Shown: positions 1 to 10,214, counted from the stretch's first letter. The stretch: 64,000 nucleotides of DNA from a bacterium (GCA_049472335.1 JBLIRO010000006.1:1-64000), one strand, 5' to 3'. Translations and numbers: made by a program. Notes: generated by a model not told the origin, from the letters alone.

Positions 1-43
1 CGTTCAGACGATCAACCATTTATATGACGCCTCCGTCCTGGGT

Positions 44-1072
44 TTAAAAGGGATCGAGTCCGTCTCCAGTAATTACACCAAATTCATTTTCCAGATATAT
101 TCCCGGCTCAATTGTAAAGACCATCCCTTTTTTCAAGACACTATCGGATCTCTTATTAATCTTAGGCTCTTCATGGATCATGAGACCAACACCATGTCCT
201 GTGCCATGGCCGAAACAATCTTCAAAACCCGCTTCTTTAATAATCTCCCTGGCCGCATGATCAATCTCTTTCGCGGATACTCCGGGATGAACCAAAGATA
301 CGGCAGCCTTTTGGGCTTCTCTGACTATATCATAAACCTCCTTAATCCTGGTATCAGGATTGTCATTTAAAACCATAACCCTTGTTATATCTGAATGGTA
401 TCCCATGTATATGACTCCACAATCTATCAAAAGCAAATCTTCATTTTCAATAACACAATCAGTGGGATATGAATGCGGAAAGGCAGACCTTTTTCCTGAC
501 GCAACAATTATATCAAATGCTGAGCCTTGAGCACCCATCTTCTTCATTATATAATCCATTTCAATAGCTAAATCACGTTCAGTAATGCGGCTGCTTTTTT
601 TCAATATCTCAGAAGCTTTATTCATTACCTGGCCCAAAATATTAGTGCTTTTCTTAATCTGCTCCTGCTCGAAACTATCTTTGATCAACCTCAGATCCTC
701 TACAAATCCATCGCAGGGAATAAGGGTAATTTCTAAGAATACGTCTTTCCAGCTATTGAGCGCCTTAATGGTAATATATCCCGATTCAAAGCCAATTTTT
801 TTAAAATCATTCTTTTTAAGCCATGCCGCTATATCCTCAGTATATAATCTGCACTGAACAATTTCAAAGAAAGGATCTTTTTCTTTAAGATAATTAAAAT
901 ATCTAAAATCCGTAAAGAGCACGAACCCTTTATCATATAAAAAATAAATACCCTCTATATTCTCAATACCTGTCAAATAAAAAATATTCTCAGGCCGTGT
1001 TATCAATATTCCATCCAATTCGCAATCTGAAAATTTCTCCCTCAATCTCTGATTTCTCTTTGGATATTTCAT
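44..1072 (-). CDS. Xaa-Pro aminopeptidase/dipeptidase (M24B), C-terminus apparently truncated
   Basis: Creatinase-like N-domain (LFTDFRY), DCG..YHSDITR, HGTGHGVGLMIHEEP, FTIEPGIY; ends FGVITGDGLDPF without the expected RIED motif. Confidence 0.9.
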   Translation of the reverse strand: MKYPKRNQRLREKFSDCELDGILITRPENIFYLTGIENIEGIYFLYDKGFVLFTDFRYFNYLKEKDPFFEIVQCRLYTEDIAAWLKKNDFKKIGFESGYITIKALNSWKDVFLEITLIPCDGFVEDLRLIKDSFEQEQIKKSTNILGQVMNKASEILKKSSRITERDLAIEMDYIMKKMGAQGSAFDIIVASGKRSAFPHSYPTDCVIENEDLLLIDCGVIYMGYHSDITRVMVLNDNPDTRIKEVYDIVREAQKAAVSLVHPGVSAKEIDHAAREIIKEAGFEDCFGHGTGHGVGLMIHEEPKINKRSDSVLKKGMVFTIEPGIYLENEFGVITGDGLDPF

Positions 1073-1117
1073 TTTTACTGTAACATTTTCGTAGTTTGAA
1101 GATTCACATTTAGTTTC

Positions 1118-1969
1118 CTAATTACTCTTTTTTAATCTCCGACAATTTTCGAGCCACTTTTCCAATGTAAACAGAATTTTTTCTTTTTCGCCCCCCGCTT
1201 CATAATGCATAATCTTATCTGAAATCACTTCGGAACCCATTTTTATTCTATTATATATTTCCCTTATCTCCAGGAGTCTTTTAGCCCATTTTTTTTGATC
1301 CGGCTGTTGAATTAAAAGCTTATTATAGATCTCAATGGATTTCTCAATAAATCCTTGAGAAAAATATAGTTCAGCAAGTGTAGCGGTTATTATTTCACCC
1401 TTGCATTCCTCTATTTTTTCCCCTTTAAAATCAATCATGTTATTTTCCACTAAGGTCTCATCGATGCCTCCGGTTTCGAAGATTTCACTCTCTTGCTTCT
1501 GATCAGGCCTGGATCTCTCTTCCCACGCGGCAGATACTCTCTTTTCTATCTGAATTCTGCCCGAATATGGTCTTTCCTCATGATAGATTATTTTAAGGGT
1601 CATTAATTCCCTTTCATATCTTTCCTTCAATCCTGTCCTTTTGTAAATTTCGATTAGAAGTTTATGCGCCATTATATTGTCAGGAACTATCTCGATTACT
1701 TCCTCCAATTGAATTTGAGCATCATGGAGATCTCCCTTTTTAAAAAGCACTTCACCCAAAAGTGCCTTTGCGGCGCAGTATTTTGGGTGATTACAAAGCC
1801 CTTCCCTTAAAATTACCTCCGCCTGATCCAACATGTCTGCTTTAACATATGCGTCCGCCAAAGGGAAAAAGAGACGAGAGTCAATATTTTTCCTGTATCT
1901 TGCTTCAAGAGCCTTAATATGATTATAAATGCGCTCTATATCAGCTTTTTGTTGAATCATACTATTCAA
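1118..1969 (-). CDS. Tetratricopeptide repeat protein
   Basis: N-terminal TPR-like helices (FFPLADAY...AKALLGEVL...AHKLL) and C-terminal TATLAELYFSQG TPR motif. Confidence 0.75.
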   Translation of the reverse strand: MNSMIQQKADIERIYNHIKALEARYRKNIDSRLFFPLADAYVKADMLDQAEVILREGLCNHPKYCAAKALLGEVLFKKGDLHDAQIQLEEVIEIVPDNIMAHKLLIEIYKRTGLKERYERELMTLKIIYHEERPYSGRIQIEKRVSAAWEERSRPDQKQESEIFETGGIDETLVENNMIDFKGEKIEECKGEIITATLAELYFSQGFIEKSIEIYNKLLIQQPDQKKWAKRLLEIREIYNRIKMGSEVISDKIMHYEAGGEKEKILFTLEKWLENCRRLKKSN

Positions 1970-2165
1970 AATTTATGGATTCGCAAAACGTTTTGTTTTT
2001 TAGAATGCTTAGCATAAATCAAAAAGGTTTTCTTGAATATTTATTATTAAAATTTTTATAAATATATCGGGAAATATTAGCACTCTGTAAACTTTGTGTC
2101 AAGATAGCCCGAATCTCAAAGATATTGTCAGGGAAAGGTTCTCAGAGAATTCAGGCCCTCTTCCG

Positions 2166-2237
2166 GTGACTCTTTTAAATCCATTGACTCTTTTAAATCC
2201 TGTGACTCCTTTAAATCCAGTGACTCTTTTAAATATT
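2166..2237. repeat. 4 x 18-bp tandem repeat, consensus GTGACTCTTTTAAATCCA
   Basis: Units start at 2166, 2184, 2202, 2220; no spacers; divergent intergenic region. Confidence 0.9.
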
Positions 2238-2349
2238 GTCTCAATATTGACACATATTCATGGAATTGAATATACTGCTATTGTAAGAATTTCATAATAT
2301 CTTTTAATTACTTTTGCAATTCAATTTCATATAAAATGGGAGATGAGAC

Positions 2350-3384
2350 TTGAATGTCCGAGAGGAATTAGAAAGACTCGAGGAAGTCACTCTTTCAAAA
2401 AAGGCATGTCTTAATATCCATACTAAAGGACGGTTAAGGCCCGAAGAGCCTTGTCCCATACGTCCGGCATTCCAGAGAGACAGGGACAGAATCATACATT
2501 CCAAATCCTTTAGGAGACTCAAGCACAAAACACAGGTATTTCTATCCCCTTTCGGGGATCATTACAGAACAAGATTGACACACACCCTTGAGGTTTCACA
2601 AATTGCAAGGACTATCGCCAAGGCATTAAAGCTTAATGAAACCTTGGCCGAGGCCATAGCCATGGGCCATGATCTCGGGCATACACCTTTTGGGCATGCA
2701 GGGGAAGAGGTTCTTAATAAAATCCATCCCGGTGGATTCAAACATAATGAACAGAGCCTTAGAGTGGTTAAAAAACTCGAGAAAGAGGGAGCAGGTCTTA
2801 ATTTGACATTAGAGGTAAGGGATGGAATCCTTCACCATTCAAAAGGAAGGGGGGATATCCTGCCCAAAAAAGAGAATAAAGCCTTGACTATGGAGGGGGA
2901 AATAGTACGAATTGCCGATATAGTGGCTTATGTCAATCATGATATTGATGACGCCCTCAGGGCTGGAATTATCCAAGAAAAGGATCTGCCGGCCTCCTGC
3001 ACCAAGGTCCTTGGCCAGAGTATTGTACAAAGGATCAATACACTGGTTAAGGATATCATTTACTCGACAATTAATTGCGATATGGAGATGATAAAGATGA
3101 GCGAGGATGTCCTTATGGCGACAGATTTGCTCCGAAGCTTCCTTTACCGGAATGTATACTACAATCCAGTTACAAGGGCGGAGTTTGAAAAGGCATCGAA
3201 AATTATTCAAGAATTGTATTCTTACTATCTGAACCATACGGAACTGATCATTGCCGAAGAACCCCAGGAAGAAGGGGAAAACACGGAGAGGATCGTGTGT
3301 GATTTCATTGCAGGAATGACTGATCGTTACGCGCTAATGACCTATGAAAAGATCTTTCTCCCTCAGCCATGGATGGTTCTATAG
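2350..3384 (+). CDS. dgt: dGTP triphosphohydrolase (HD family)
   Basis: [58 protein letters not shown]. Confidence 0.93.
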   Translation: MNVREELERLEEVTLSKKACLNIHTKGRLRPEEPCPIRPAFQRDRDRIIHSKSFRRLKHKTQVFLSPFGDHYRTRLTHTLEVSQIARTIAKALKLNETLAEAIAMGHDLGHTPFGHAGEEVLNKIHPGGFKHNEQSLRVVKKLEKEGAGLNLTLEVRDGILHHSKGRGDILPKKENKALTMEGEIVRIADIVAYVNHDIDDALRAGIIQEKDLPASCTKVLGQSIVQRINTLVKDIIYSTINCDMEMIKMSEDVLMATDLLRSFLYRNVYYNPVTRAEFEKASKIIQELYSYYLNHTELIIAEEPQEEGENTERIVCDFIAGMTDRYALMTYEKIFLPQPWMVL

Positions 3385-4166
3385 TGAAAATAGCCATTGT
3401 CATTCCCGCACGTTTTAAATCAACAAGATTTGAAGGCAAGCCTCTTGCTTCTATCTGCGGACGTCCCATGATACAACACGTCTATGAAAAGGCAAAACTT
3501 GCAAATAAGGCCGATATGGTTATTGTTGCGACAGATGACAAGAGGATTTACGACACTGTAAAAGGTTTTGGCGGAACTGTAACCATGACATCACCACATC
3601 ATAAAACCGGCACGGATCGAATTGCTGAGGTAGCCAAAAATATTGATTGTCAATGGATAATAAACCTGCAGGGTGACGAGCCATTAATTGATCCCGGTGT
3701 TATAGATCTTCTTGCCAGGGAAATGTTCGACTTTCCGAAAGAAAAGATGTTCAGCCTAATGCGCCCTGTCTCGAAAAACGAAGAATTTCTCAATCCGAAT
3801 ATAGTAAAGGTGGTTACTAATCATAAGGGATATGCCCTTTATTTTTCAAGGGCGCCCATCCCTTATCCGAAAGGTAAATCCATATATATTTCAGATTCTG
3901 AACAAACACCCGACAATATCATAATATCCCCAAAAAACGCATTCATACATTGTGGAATTTATTGTTACAGGAAGGGATTTCTTTTATCAATCCCTGATAT
4001 GAGACCATCCGTTTTAGAGGAAGTGGAGGGACTTGAGCAGTTAAGGATATTGGCCAATGGATTTAATATAAAAATGGTTAAGACTGAATATCGATCAATC
4101 GGAGTAGATACTCCCGAAGATATCCATAAAGTTGAGAAGATGATGAGATTAAAGGAAACATATTAG
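3384..4166 (+). CDS. kdsB: 3-deoxy-manno-octulosonate cytidylyltransferase
   Basis: IPARFKSTRFEGKPL, TGTDRIAE, NLQGDEP, ALYFSRAPIP, LEQLR; GTG start at 3384 overlaps the dgt stop (ORF track starts at 3369). Confidence 0.93.
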   Translation: MKIAIVIPARFKSTRFEGKPLASICGRPMIQHVYEKAKLANKADMVIVATDDKRIYDTVKGFGGTVTMTSPHHKTGTDRIAEVAKNIDCQWIINLQGDEPLIDPGVIDLLAREMFDFPKEKMFSLMRPVSKNEEFLNPNIVKVVTNHKGYALYFSRAPIPYPKGKSIYISDSEQTPDNIIISPKNAFIHCGIYCYRKGFLLSIPDMRPSVLEEVEGLEQLRILANGFNIKMVKTEYRSIGVDTPEDIHKVEKMMRLKETY

Positions 4167-4193
4167 CCGATTTGTTAACTTTGTGGGATCTTG

Positions 4194-4287
4194 AAAAATT
4201 GCAAATTGCAAAATGCAAATTTCAAAATACAAAATAATGTATTCCTTAAATTTTCATTTTTCATTTTGAAATTTGCATTTTGCATTT
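4194..4287. repeat. Heptamer-periodic palindromic element, copy 1
   Basis: Perfect 22-bp inverted repeat 4207-4228/4263-4284 built of TGCAAAA-like units; 38-bp core identical to 7913-7950. Confidence 0.85.
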
Positions 4288-6460
4288 ATGCACGGGGCAG
4301 ACTAAAGCCCACCCTCGTTCCTCTTGGCTGGTTGTCTTCGATCATTAAATGGCCGTGGTGATCCACAATGATACGGTTGACAATGGCCAGTCCCAGACCT
4401 GTTCCTCCCTTTTTCTTTGAGAAATAAGGCTCGATCATCTTATCCCTGTCCTCAGGGGAAATGCCGGTTCCCCAGTCTGCAATTTGAACAGAGACCATAT
4501 TGTCCTGGCTATTAAAAAAGGTTCGCACCTGGATATACCGATTATCCTCCATTGACTCATACCCATTATCCAGCAGGTTTATCATTGCCCTTTTAATTTG
4601 ATCTTTGTCCATCATTACTGGCGGTAATTCATTATCATTTATTATATCAAACTTACAATCCGGATGAATGGAACTGTAAAGGGAGACGGTTTGGGATACA
4701 AGACTCCTAAGGTCATCCGACTTTAAAACCGGCTCAGGCATCCTGGCAAAATGAGCGAACTCATCAATGAGTGTTTTAAGCCCCTGTGATCCCTGAATTA
4801 TAGTATCAGTACATTCCTGCATGATTTCTCTTTCTTTACCCTCCATTTTCTGGAACTTTTTCCAAAGCCTTTCCGCTGAAAGCTGGATAGGGGTAAGCGG
4901 ATTTTTAATCTCATGCGCGAGGCGTCTTGCCACCTCCTGCCATGTTGCAATCTTTTGTGCCTTGATCAATTGAGTCAGGTCGTCAAACACGATCAATGAT
5001 CCCATATCACCTTCCTGACCATGGAGTTTGGCAATATTAACCAATAAGGTCTTAATTTGCCCCCGCAGACGTATTTGAACCTCATGGTCATGTACATCCT
5101 CTTTTTTCTGTTTTCTGGATTTGTCTATGATTTCTTTTAAAGGTCTCAATGTCTCTCTTCCCATAGCTTCAAAATAAGGAAGGCCCAGAATTTGACTGGC
5201 ATGCAGAATCAGTATTCTTTCAGCGGCAGGATTGATTGTGGTTATTAGGCCATTTGCGTCTATGGTTACCACGCCTGAGGTAATATTGGCAAGGACCTTT
5301 TCGATATGTTTTCTCCTTTGATCCAGCTCCAGATTTGTTTGCCTCAATCCCGTCAATGCCCTGTTCAGATCCTTAGTCATTCGATTAAATGATTCCACAA
5401 GCATCCCTATCTCATCCTTTGCCTGCACCTCAACCTTATAATCCAGATTTCCCATTGCAACCTCTTTTGTGCCTTCCGCGAGTTTCTGTATTGGGATGGT
5501 TATTCCCTTTGCCAAATAAATTCCGAACCATATGGCTGAAAATATTATCAAAAGAGTCATGAGCAGAAAAGTAATAAGATATGTCATCTTTAGAGGTTTT
5601 TTAAAGACCTTGCGTTTTTGATATTCCTCGAATGCATTTTTTATATAATTGATTTCTTCCATAAGTCCGTATGGATCATAATAATTAAAAAGAATGAGCC
5701 CGGCCAGATCCTTTTTGTCTTTTGCATGGATAGGCACTACGGCTTCTATCAGATGCCCTTCACCGGAACGCTGAATAATCGAGTATTCTTTTCCAGTTAA
5801 TCCTTTTTTGATAAGCTCGCTATGTGATCCGGCAAAACGGCTCTCGGGAATGGATGGCTTAGGCAAATTTAGAATATCATTCCCATATTGGCTAAGAACC
5901 TTTATCGATCCTATTTCAGAAGCAGCCTGATAACTTGCGACTAAATTCTTCAATTGTCTGGATTTGCCGGTATATAATAGCCCTTTTTCAACTATCTCAT
6001 CACCCATCTGTCTGGCTGATAAAAAAGCCTGTCCTATGGAAGAAGTATAATGAACTTGCGCCACTCGAAGAGATTTTTTCAGGTATTCTTCATTCTGAAC
6101 ATTAAACCAGCTTTCAATGCTCCTGCTGATAAGATTGCTTGCCAATAAAAATAGAAGAATGGCGGGAATAAGAGAAACACTAATAAATGCGAGTATCAAT
6201 TTTATCCTGAATTTTGCCCCCAGTACATTTTTCTTATGTTCGAAATAGAGCTTGACGAGGTTTCTAAATACAAGAAGCACTATAACAAGCAAAAGAATAA
6301 TGTTCAGATTCAGAACAACAAGGACCTGAATACCGCTGGGCAGGTTAGCCCCTTCCCTCCATTGAAACAGAAAGCTGAGTGAGATCACCAGCAGAAATCC
6401 CAAAGTAAAGATAACTACAATAGGAATGAGGGGGTGTTTCTTTTTATAATTCTTTTCCAT
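4286..6460 (-). CDS. NtrY-like sensor histidine kinase (TM, HAMP, PAS, HisKA, HATPase)
   Basis: WQEVARRLAHEIKNPLTPIQLSAERL, NLLDNG, DWGTG, GTGLGL; multi-TM N-terminus. Confidence 0.88.
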   Translation of the reverse strand: MEKNYKKKHPLIPIVVIFTLGFLLVISLSFLFQWREGANLPSGIQVLVVLNLNIILLLVIVLLVFRNLVKLYFEHKKNVLGAKFRIKLILAFISVSLIPAILLFLLASNLISRSIESWFNVQNEEYLKKSLRVAQVHYTSSIGQAFLSARQMGDEIVEKGLLYTGKSRQLKNLVASYQAASEIGSIKVLSQYGNDILNLPKPSIPESRFAGSHSELIKKGLTGKEYSIIQRSGEGHLIEAVVPIHAKDKKDLAGLILFNYYDPYGLMEEINYIKNAFEEYQKRKVFKKPLKMTYLITFLLMTLLIIFSAIWFGIYLAKGITIPIQKLAEGTKEVAMGNLDYKVEVQAKDEIGMLVESFNRMTKDLNRALTGLRQTNLELDQRRKHIEKVLANITSGVVTIDANGLITTINPAAERILILHASQILGLPYFEAMGRETLRPLKEIIDKSRKQKKEDVHDHEVQIRLRGQIKTLLVNIAKLHGQEGDMGSLIVFDDLTQLIKAQKIATWQEVARRLAHEIKNPLTPIQLSAERLWKKFQKMEGKEREIMQECTDTIIQGSQGLKTLIDEFAHFARMPEPVLKSDDLRSLVSQTVSLYSSIHPDCKFDIINDNELPPVMMDKDQIKRAMINLLDNGYESMEDNRYIQVRTFFNSQDNMVSVQIADWGTGISPEDRDKMIEPYFSKKKGGTGLGLAIVNRIIVDHHGHLMIEDNQPRGTRVGFSLPRA

Positions 6461-7124
6461 GTGGAATCAAAGCCTGTTCAATCATTTCAGACTTTTTAGG
6501 ATTGGCATCCAATGGGACCTTAACCCACGGGGTATCAAAATTCCATAAAGCTACGAACGCAAGAAGGTAATTAAGCGGAAAGGGTATCTTGATACATTTC
6601 ATTTCGGCCCTGATCTTAAGATAATATTTATCCTTTTTATCTTTTAGTTCAGGGACATTAAATTGAACTGATTTAAGCTCACTCATCCATTTAGTCATTT
6701 CATCCCAGTCTTCGGTTGTGTAACTTTCTTCTAAATTTCCAGGAAATGACCGGGTAATAATGTATTCTTTTTTCAGGACATCATAGACCACGGTATTATG
6801 AAGGGTTAATTCTTTTACCTTTTCATCTAACCAGAAACCCTGTCTTTTCATAAGATGTATAAGAAATCTGAATCTTGTCGGCGCCCCACTGGAAATTGCC
6901 TCTGTTATATCCGGGCTAAAGGCCCCTTCAAGGGTTGCATTAACTATAATAGTCCTGTTGTCTTTTATGGCCTGAATTTCTTTAATTATTGCCTTTGCCC
7001 CTTCTGAGGCCTTTACACAAAAAATAGCATTTGAACAAATAATTACAATTAATAACGAAAAAATCAGGGTAACCGATTTAATCGTTTTTTCTCTGCAAAA
7101 TCTAAGATGAGAATCTTTTATCAC
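6444..7124 (-). CDS. DUF4390-like exported protein
   Basis: Signal-like N-terminus, AISSGAP..F.F, YDVLKKEY, WNFDTPW; usual position upstream of ntrY-like genes. Confidence 0.65.
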   Translation of the reverse strand: MIKDSHLRFCREKTIKSVTLIFSLLIVIICSNAIFCVKASEGAKAIIKEIQAIKDNRTIIVNATLEGAFSPDITEAISSGAPTRFRFLIHLMKRQGFWLDEKVKELTLHNTVVYDVLKKEYIITRSFPGNLEESYTTEDWDEMTKWMSELKSVQFNVPELKDKKDKYYLKIRAEMKCIKIPFPLNYLLAFVALWNFDTPWVKVPLDANPKKSEMIEQALIPHGKEL

Positions 7125-7142
7125 TGTTTGGTACCTTTTATA

Positions 7143-7679
7143 TCAGTATTCAATACCTCTTCTTGCTTGAAGTCCATTTTTATAAGGGTGCTTAACAGAT
7201 CTCATGTCCGTGACCAGATCTGCAATATCTAAAATTCTCTTTTTACACTTAAGGCCGGTCAATATAATCTCAGTCTGTTCCGGTTTCATCTCAAGCAATT
7301 CTATTAAAGCGTGTTCTTCTATCATATCAAGATTCAAAGCTGTTAACAATTCATCAAATATAAATATGTCATAAGACCCCTTGGACATTTCCTCCCTGGC
7401 GTAATTAATTTCATTTATTATAAGCCCCTTTTCTATCTCTTTCTCATTTTTGGTAAGAGAATTATCCAAAAAACATGATCTATTAGGACGGCGAAATTTA
7501 AAATGAGGGCCAAAAACCTTAAACATAGCAATTTCTCCGGAAAAGGCATCTATTGGTTTTAGGAACTGCGCCATGTATACTCTCAATCCCTGTCCCAATG
7601 CCCTTACTGCCTGACCAATAGCGGCAGTGGTTTTTCCTTTTCCTTTTCCGAAATATATTTGAATAATCCCTTTCTCTAT
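7143..7679 (-). CDS. cobO: Cob(I)alamin adenosyltransferase (CobA/CobO/BtuR)
   Basis: Extended frame reads IEKGIIQIYFGKGKGKTTAAIGQAVRALGQG; QFLK, FDE, EIILTG, ADLVT...KHPY..G.QARRGIEY; start inferred at ATA 7679. Confidence 0.88.
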   Translation of the reverse strand: MEKGIIQIYFGKGKGKTTAAIGQAVRALGQGLRVYMAQFLKPIDAFSGEIAMFKVFGPHFKFRRPNRSCFLDNSLTKNEKEIEKGLIINEINYAREEMSKGSYDIFIFDELLTALNLDMIEEHALIELLEMKPEQTEIILTGLKCKKRILDIADLVTDMRSVKHPYKNGLQARRGIEY

Positions 7680-7875
7680 CTTGGTATCCTCTTAATCCAT
7701 TTCCTTTTGTTCTGATTTTTGGCAGGTTAACCAAAATCTAACACATTTATTCTAACAAAAAATAACACAGGTGTAAATCAATATTCAATAATAAATTGAT
7801 TCTTTTATAAAAACTTATATCGTCCTCTGGGATTTTTTAAAGGACAATTTTTCTAAATCCAGGTGAAATCTTTAA

Positions 7876-7961
7876 AAAAATTGCAAAATGTAAATCGCAA
7901 ATTTTAAAATGTAAAATAATGTATTCCTTAAATTTTCATTTTTCATTTTGCAATTTGCATT
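7876..7961. repeat. Heptamer-periodic palindromic element, copy 2
   Basis: About 90% identical to 4194-4279 by manual alignment, same orientation. Confidence 0.85.
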
Positions 7962-8147
7962 AACTGCCAGAAAACCACACAGTTTTTTAATAGTTATTTA
8001 AAAGGTCACGGATTTAATGATTAAGCTGTTTTTTCTCTTATATGTTGACCTGCCTTATGAATATATTGGATAATAGAAAAATATTGGATAATAAAAAGAA
8101 AAGATTCAAATAATACATTTTTTTAAAGTCAAGGGAGATATTTAATC

Positions 8148-9788
8148 ATGCATGATACCTTCTATGGATCCTTTTGCCTTATTCTTCATTCGCATATTCC
8201 GTATGTATTCAACCATGGTATGATGGGAGAGGAATGGCTTTTCGAGGCAACAGCAGAGACTTATATTCCCTTACTGAATATATTCAACCGGCTTGTAAGA
8301 GAAGGGATTAAGCCCAAAATCACCATCAATATCTCTCCTGTTCTTGCCGAACAGCTTCATATGTCGTGTTTCAATGGAAGATTTAAGGAATACTGTAAAA
8401 AGAAAATAGAATATGCCATAAAAGATGCTGAATCATTCAAAAATAATAGTCATATGGAATGGCTGGCTACATTATGGAGGAAATTTTATTATAGGACTCA
8501 ACGGGCTTTCGTGGAAGACTACGAAGAAGATCTCATAGGAGCCTTTAAAAAACTTCATGATATCGGCGCAATCGAAATAATTACATGTGGTGCCACTCAT
8601 GCCTATTTCCCCGCTTTAATAAGGGACCAAAGTATACAAGCGCAGGTAAAAATGGCTAATAAAAGCTGCCATGAATTGTTTGGCTCTTTTCCCGCCGGAT
8701 TTTGGCTTCCCGAGTGCGGCTATAGGCCTTCAGGGAATTGGAGCCCAATATTATCTCATTACCGTCATACCGTTCATTACGACCACCGCCAGGGAATTGA
8801 GGAAATTTTAAGTCAAAATGATATCAAATTTTTTATCATTGACCAGATACAGTTACAAAGGGGATGGTCAAACGAAATTGAACTTAATCCTTTAGAGACC
8901 TTTTGGATCAAAAACGGATCCGGTCCTGTAAGCGTATTTGTAAGGGAGTCAAAAATCTCCGAACAAATCTGGAATCACCAGATCGGCTATCCCGGTGATC
9001 CTAGTTACCTGGAATTTCACAAAAAACATTTCCCGGGTCAGCACAGATACTGGAGGATTACGGATCGAACGCTCGATATGGATTATAAAACCCTCTATTA
9101 CCCCCAGGAGGTTAAGAGAGAAAGGATCCCCCAACACGCAGGGCATTACAAATGGCTCATAAAAAAATCCCTAATGGACCATTTCAAAGATACAGGCCGA
9201 GCAAGCCTTATCGTTACGGCATTCGATTCCGAACTCTTCGGCCATTGGTGGTTCGAAGGGCCCACCTGGCTCTATCAGTTATTGAAATGGATAAACAGTG
9301 ATCCTGAAATTAATCTTTCAACTTGTTCGGAGTATATAGCCAGGCAATCCCCGCAAAGTCTTATTCATCTTCCGGAATCATCCTGGGGAAAAGGATATGA
9401 TAGCAGTACATGGATCAACAGGGATGTGGAATGGGTCTGGGAAAGGCTCTATTGGGCGGAACTGGAGATGGGTTATTTGGCAAACGATCTATCCCATAGA
9501 GAAGACGAACCCCTCAGAAGTATACTAAAACAAGCTGTCAGGGAACTCCTTATTGTTCAGGCATCTGATTGGGAATTTATGATAACTAACTGGAGCACAA
9601 AGGATTACGCTGAAAGACGCGTGGTTGAGCATCACTCGGATTTTAAGCGCCTTGTTAAAATGGCATGGTCTTATGCAATGGGAAACGGGATAAGTGAAAA
9701 CGATGAAAAATTTCTAAAAGAATGCAAAATCAGGGATCCCATATTTACCGAACCGGAATCGAAATGGTATAAGAATAAAGCAAAATAA
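8148..9788 (+). CDS. GH57 1,4-alpha-glucan branching enzyme (DUF1957 type)
   Basis: LHSHIPYV, EEWLFEA.AETYIPLL, GFWLPECGY, FDSELFGHWWFEG, QASDWEF. Confidence 0.88.
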   Translation: MHDTFYGSFCLILHSHIPYVFNHGMMGEEWLFEATAETYIPLLNIFNRLVREGIKPKITINISPVLAEQLHMSCFNGRFKEYCKKKIEYAIKDAESFKNNSHMEWLATLWRKFYYRTQRAFVEDYEEDLIGAFKKLHDIGAIEIITCGATHAYFPALIRDQSIQAQVKMANKSCHELFGSFPAGFWLPECGYRPSGNWSPILSHYRHTVHYDHRQGIEEILSQNDIKFFIIDQIQLQRGWSNEIELNPLETFWIKNGSGPVSVFVRESKISEQIWNHQIGYPGDPSYLEFHKKHFPGQHRYWRITDRTLDMDYKTLYYPQEVKRERIPQHAGHYKWLIKKSLMDHFKDTGRASLIVTAFDSELFGHWWFEGPTWLYQLLKWINSDPEINLSTCSEYIARQSPQSLIHLPESSWGKGYDSSTWINRDVEWVWERLYWAELEMGYLANDLSHREDEPLRSILKQAVRELLIVQASDWEFMITNWSTKDYAERRVVEHHSDFKRLVKMAWSYAMGNGISENDEKFLKECKIRDPIFTEPESKWYKNKAK

Positions 9789-9791
9789 CTA

Positions 9792-10214
9792 ATGGATAAA
9801 GAAGCAGTTTCAGCATGTACTGCAAAATTAACAACTCTGTCAGGATTTATGAAAGGATTTTTAAAAATGAACAAATCTGAGAACCATCGCCCCTGGGGTT
9901 TTTATGAAGTCCTTTCGGACACCCCGGATCATAAGGTCAAGAGGATAACCGTCTGTCCCGGCCAGAGATTGAGCTATCAACGTCATTTCCGCCGCTCTGA
10001 GCATTGGTTCATGATAAGAGGCAAGGCCATTGTAACCAAAAATGGCGAAGATATAGAGCTGACATCCGGCCAGGCCCTGGATATACCTTTACAGTCATGG
10101 CACCGCATCCGGAATCCGGGTAAGGAAAACCTGGTGTTTATAGAAGTCCAGACAGGTGATTATTTCGGAGAGGATGATATCGAAAGATTGGAGGATGATT
10201 ACGGCAGGGTATGA
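9792..10214 (+). CDS. Type II mannose-6-phosphate isomerase C-terminal cupin protein
   Basis: RPWGFYEVL, LSYQRH..RSEHW, FIEVQTGDYFGEDDIERLEDDYGR; real start probably MNKSENH (9867). Confidence 0.85.
   Translation: MDKEAVSACTAKLTTLSGFMKGFLKMNKSENHRPWGFYEVLSDTPDHKVKRITVCPGQRLSYQRHFRRSEHWFMIRGKAIVTKNGEDIELTSGQALDIPLQSWHRIRNPGKENLVFIEVQTGDYFGEDDIERLEDDYGRV

Noticed and set aside
2166..2237. CRISPR array
   Set aside because: Units are contiguous with no spacers, and no cas genes are present
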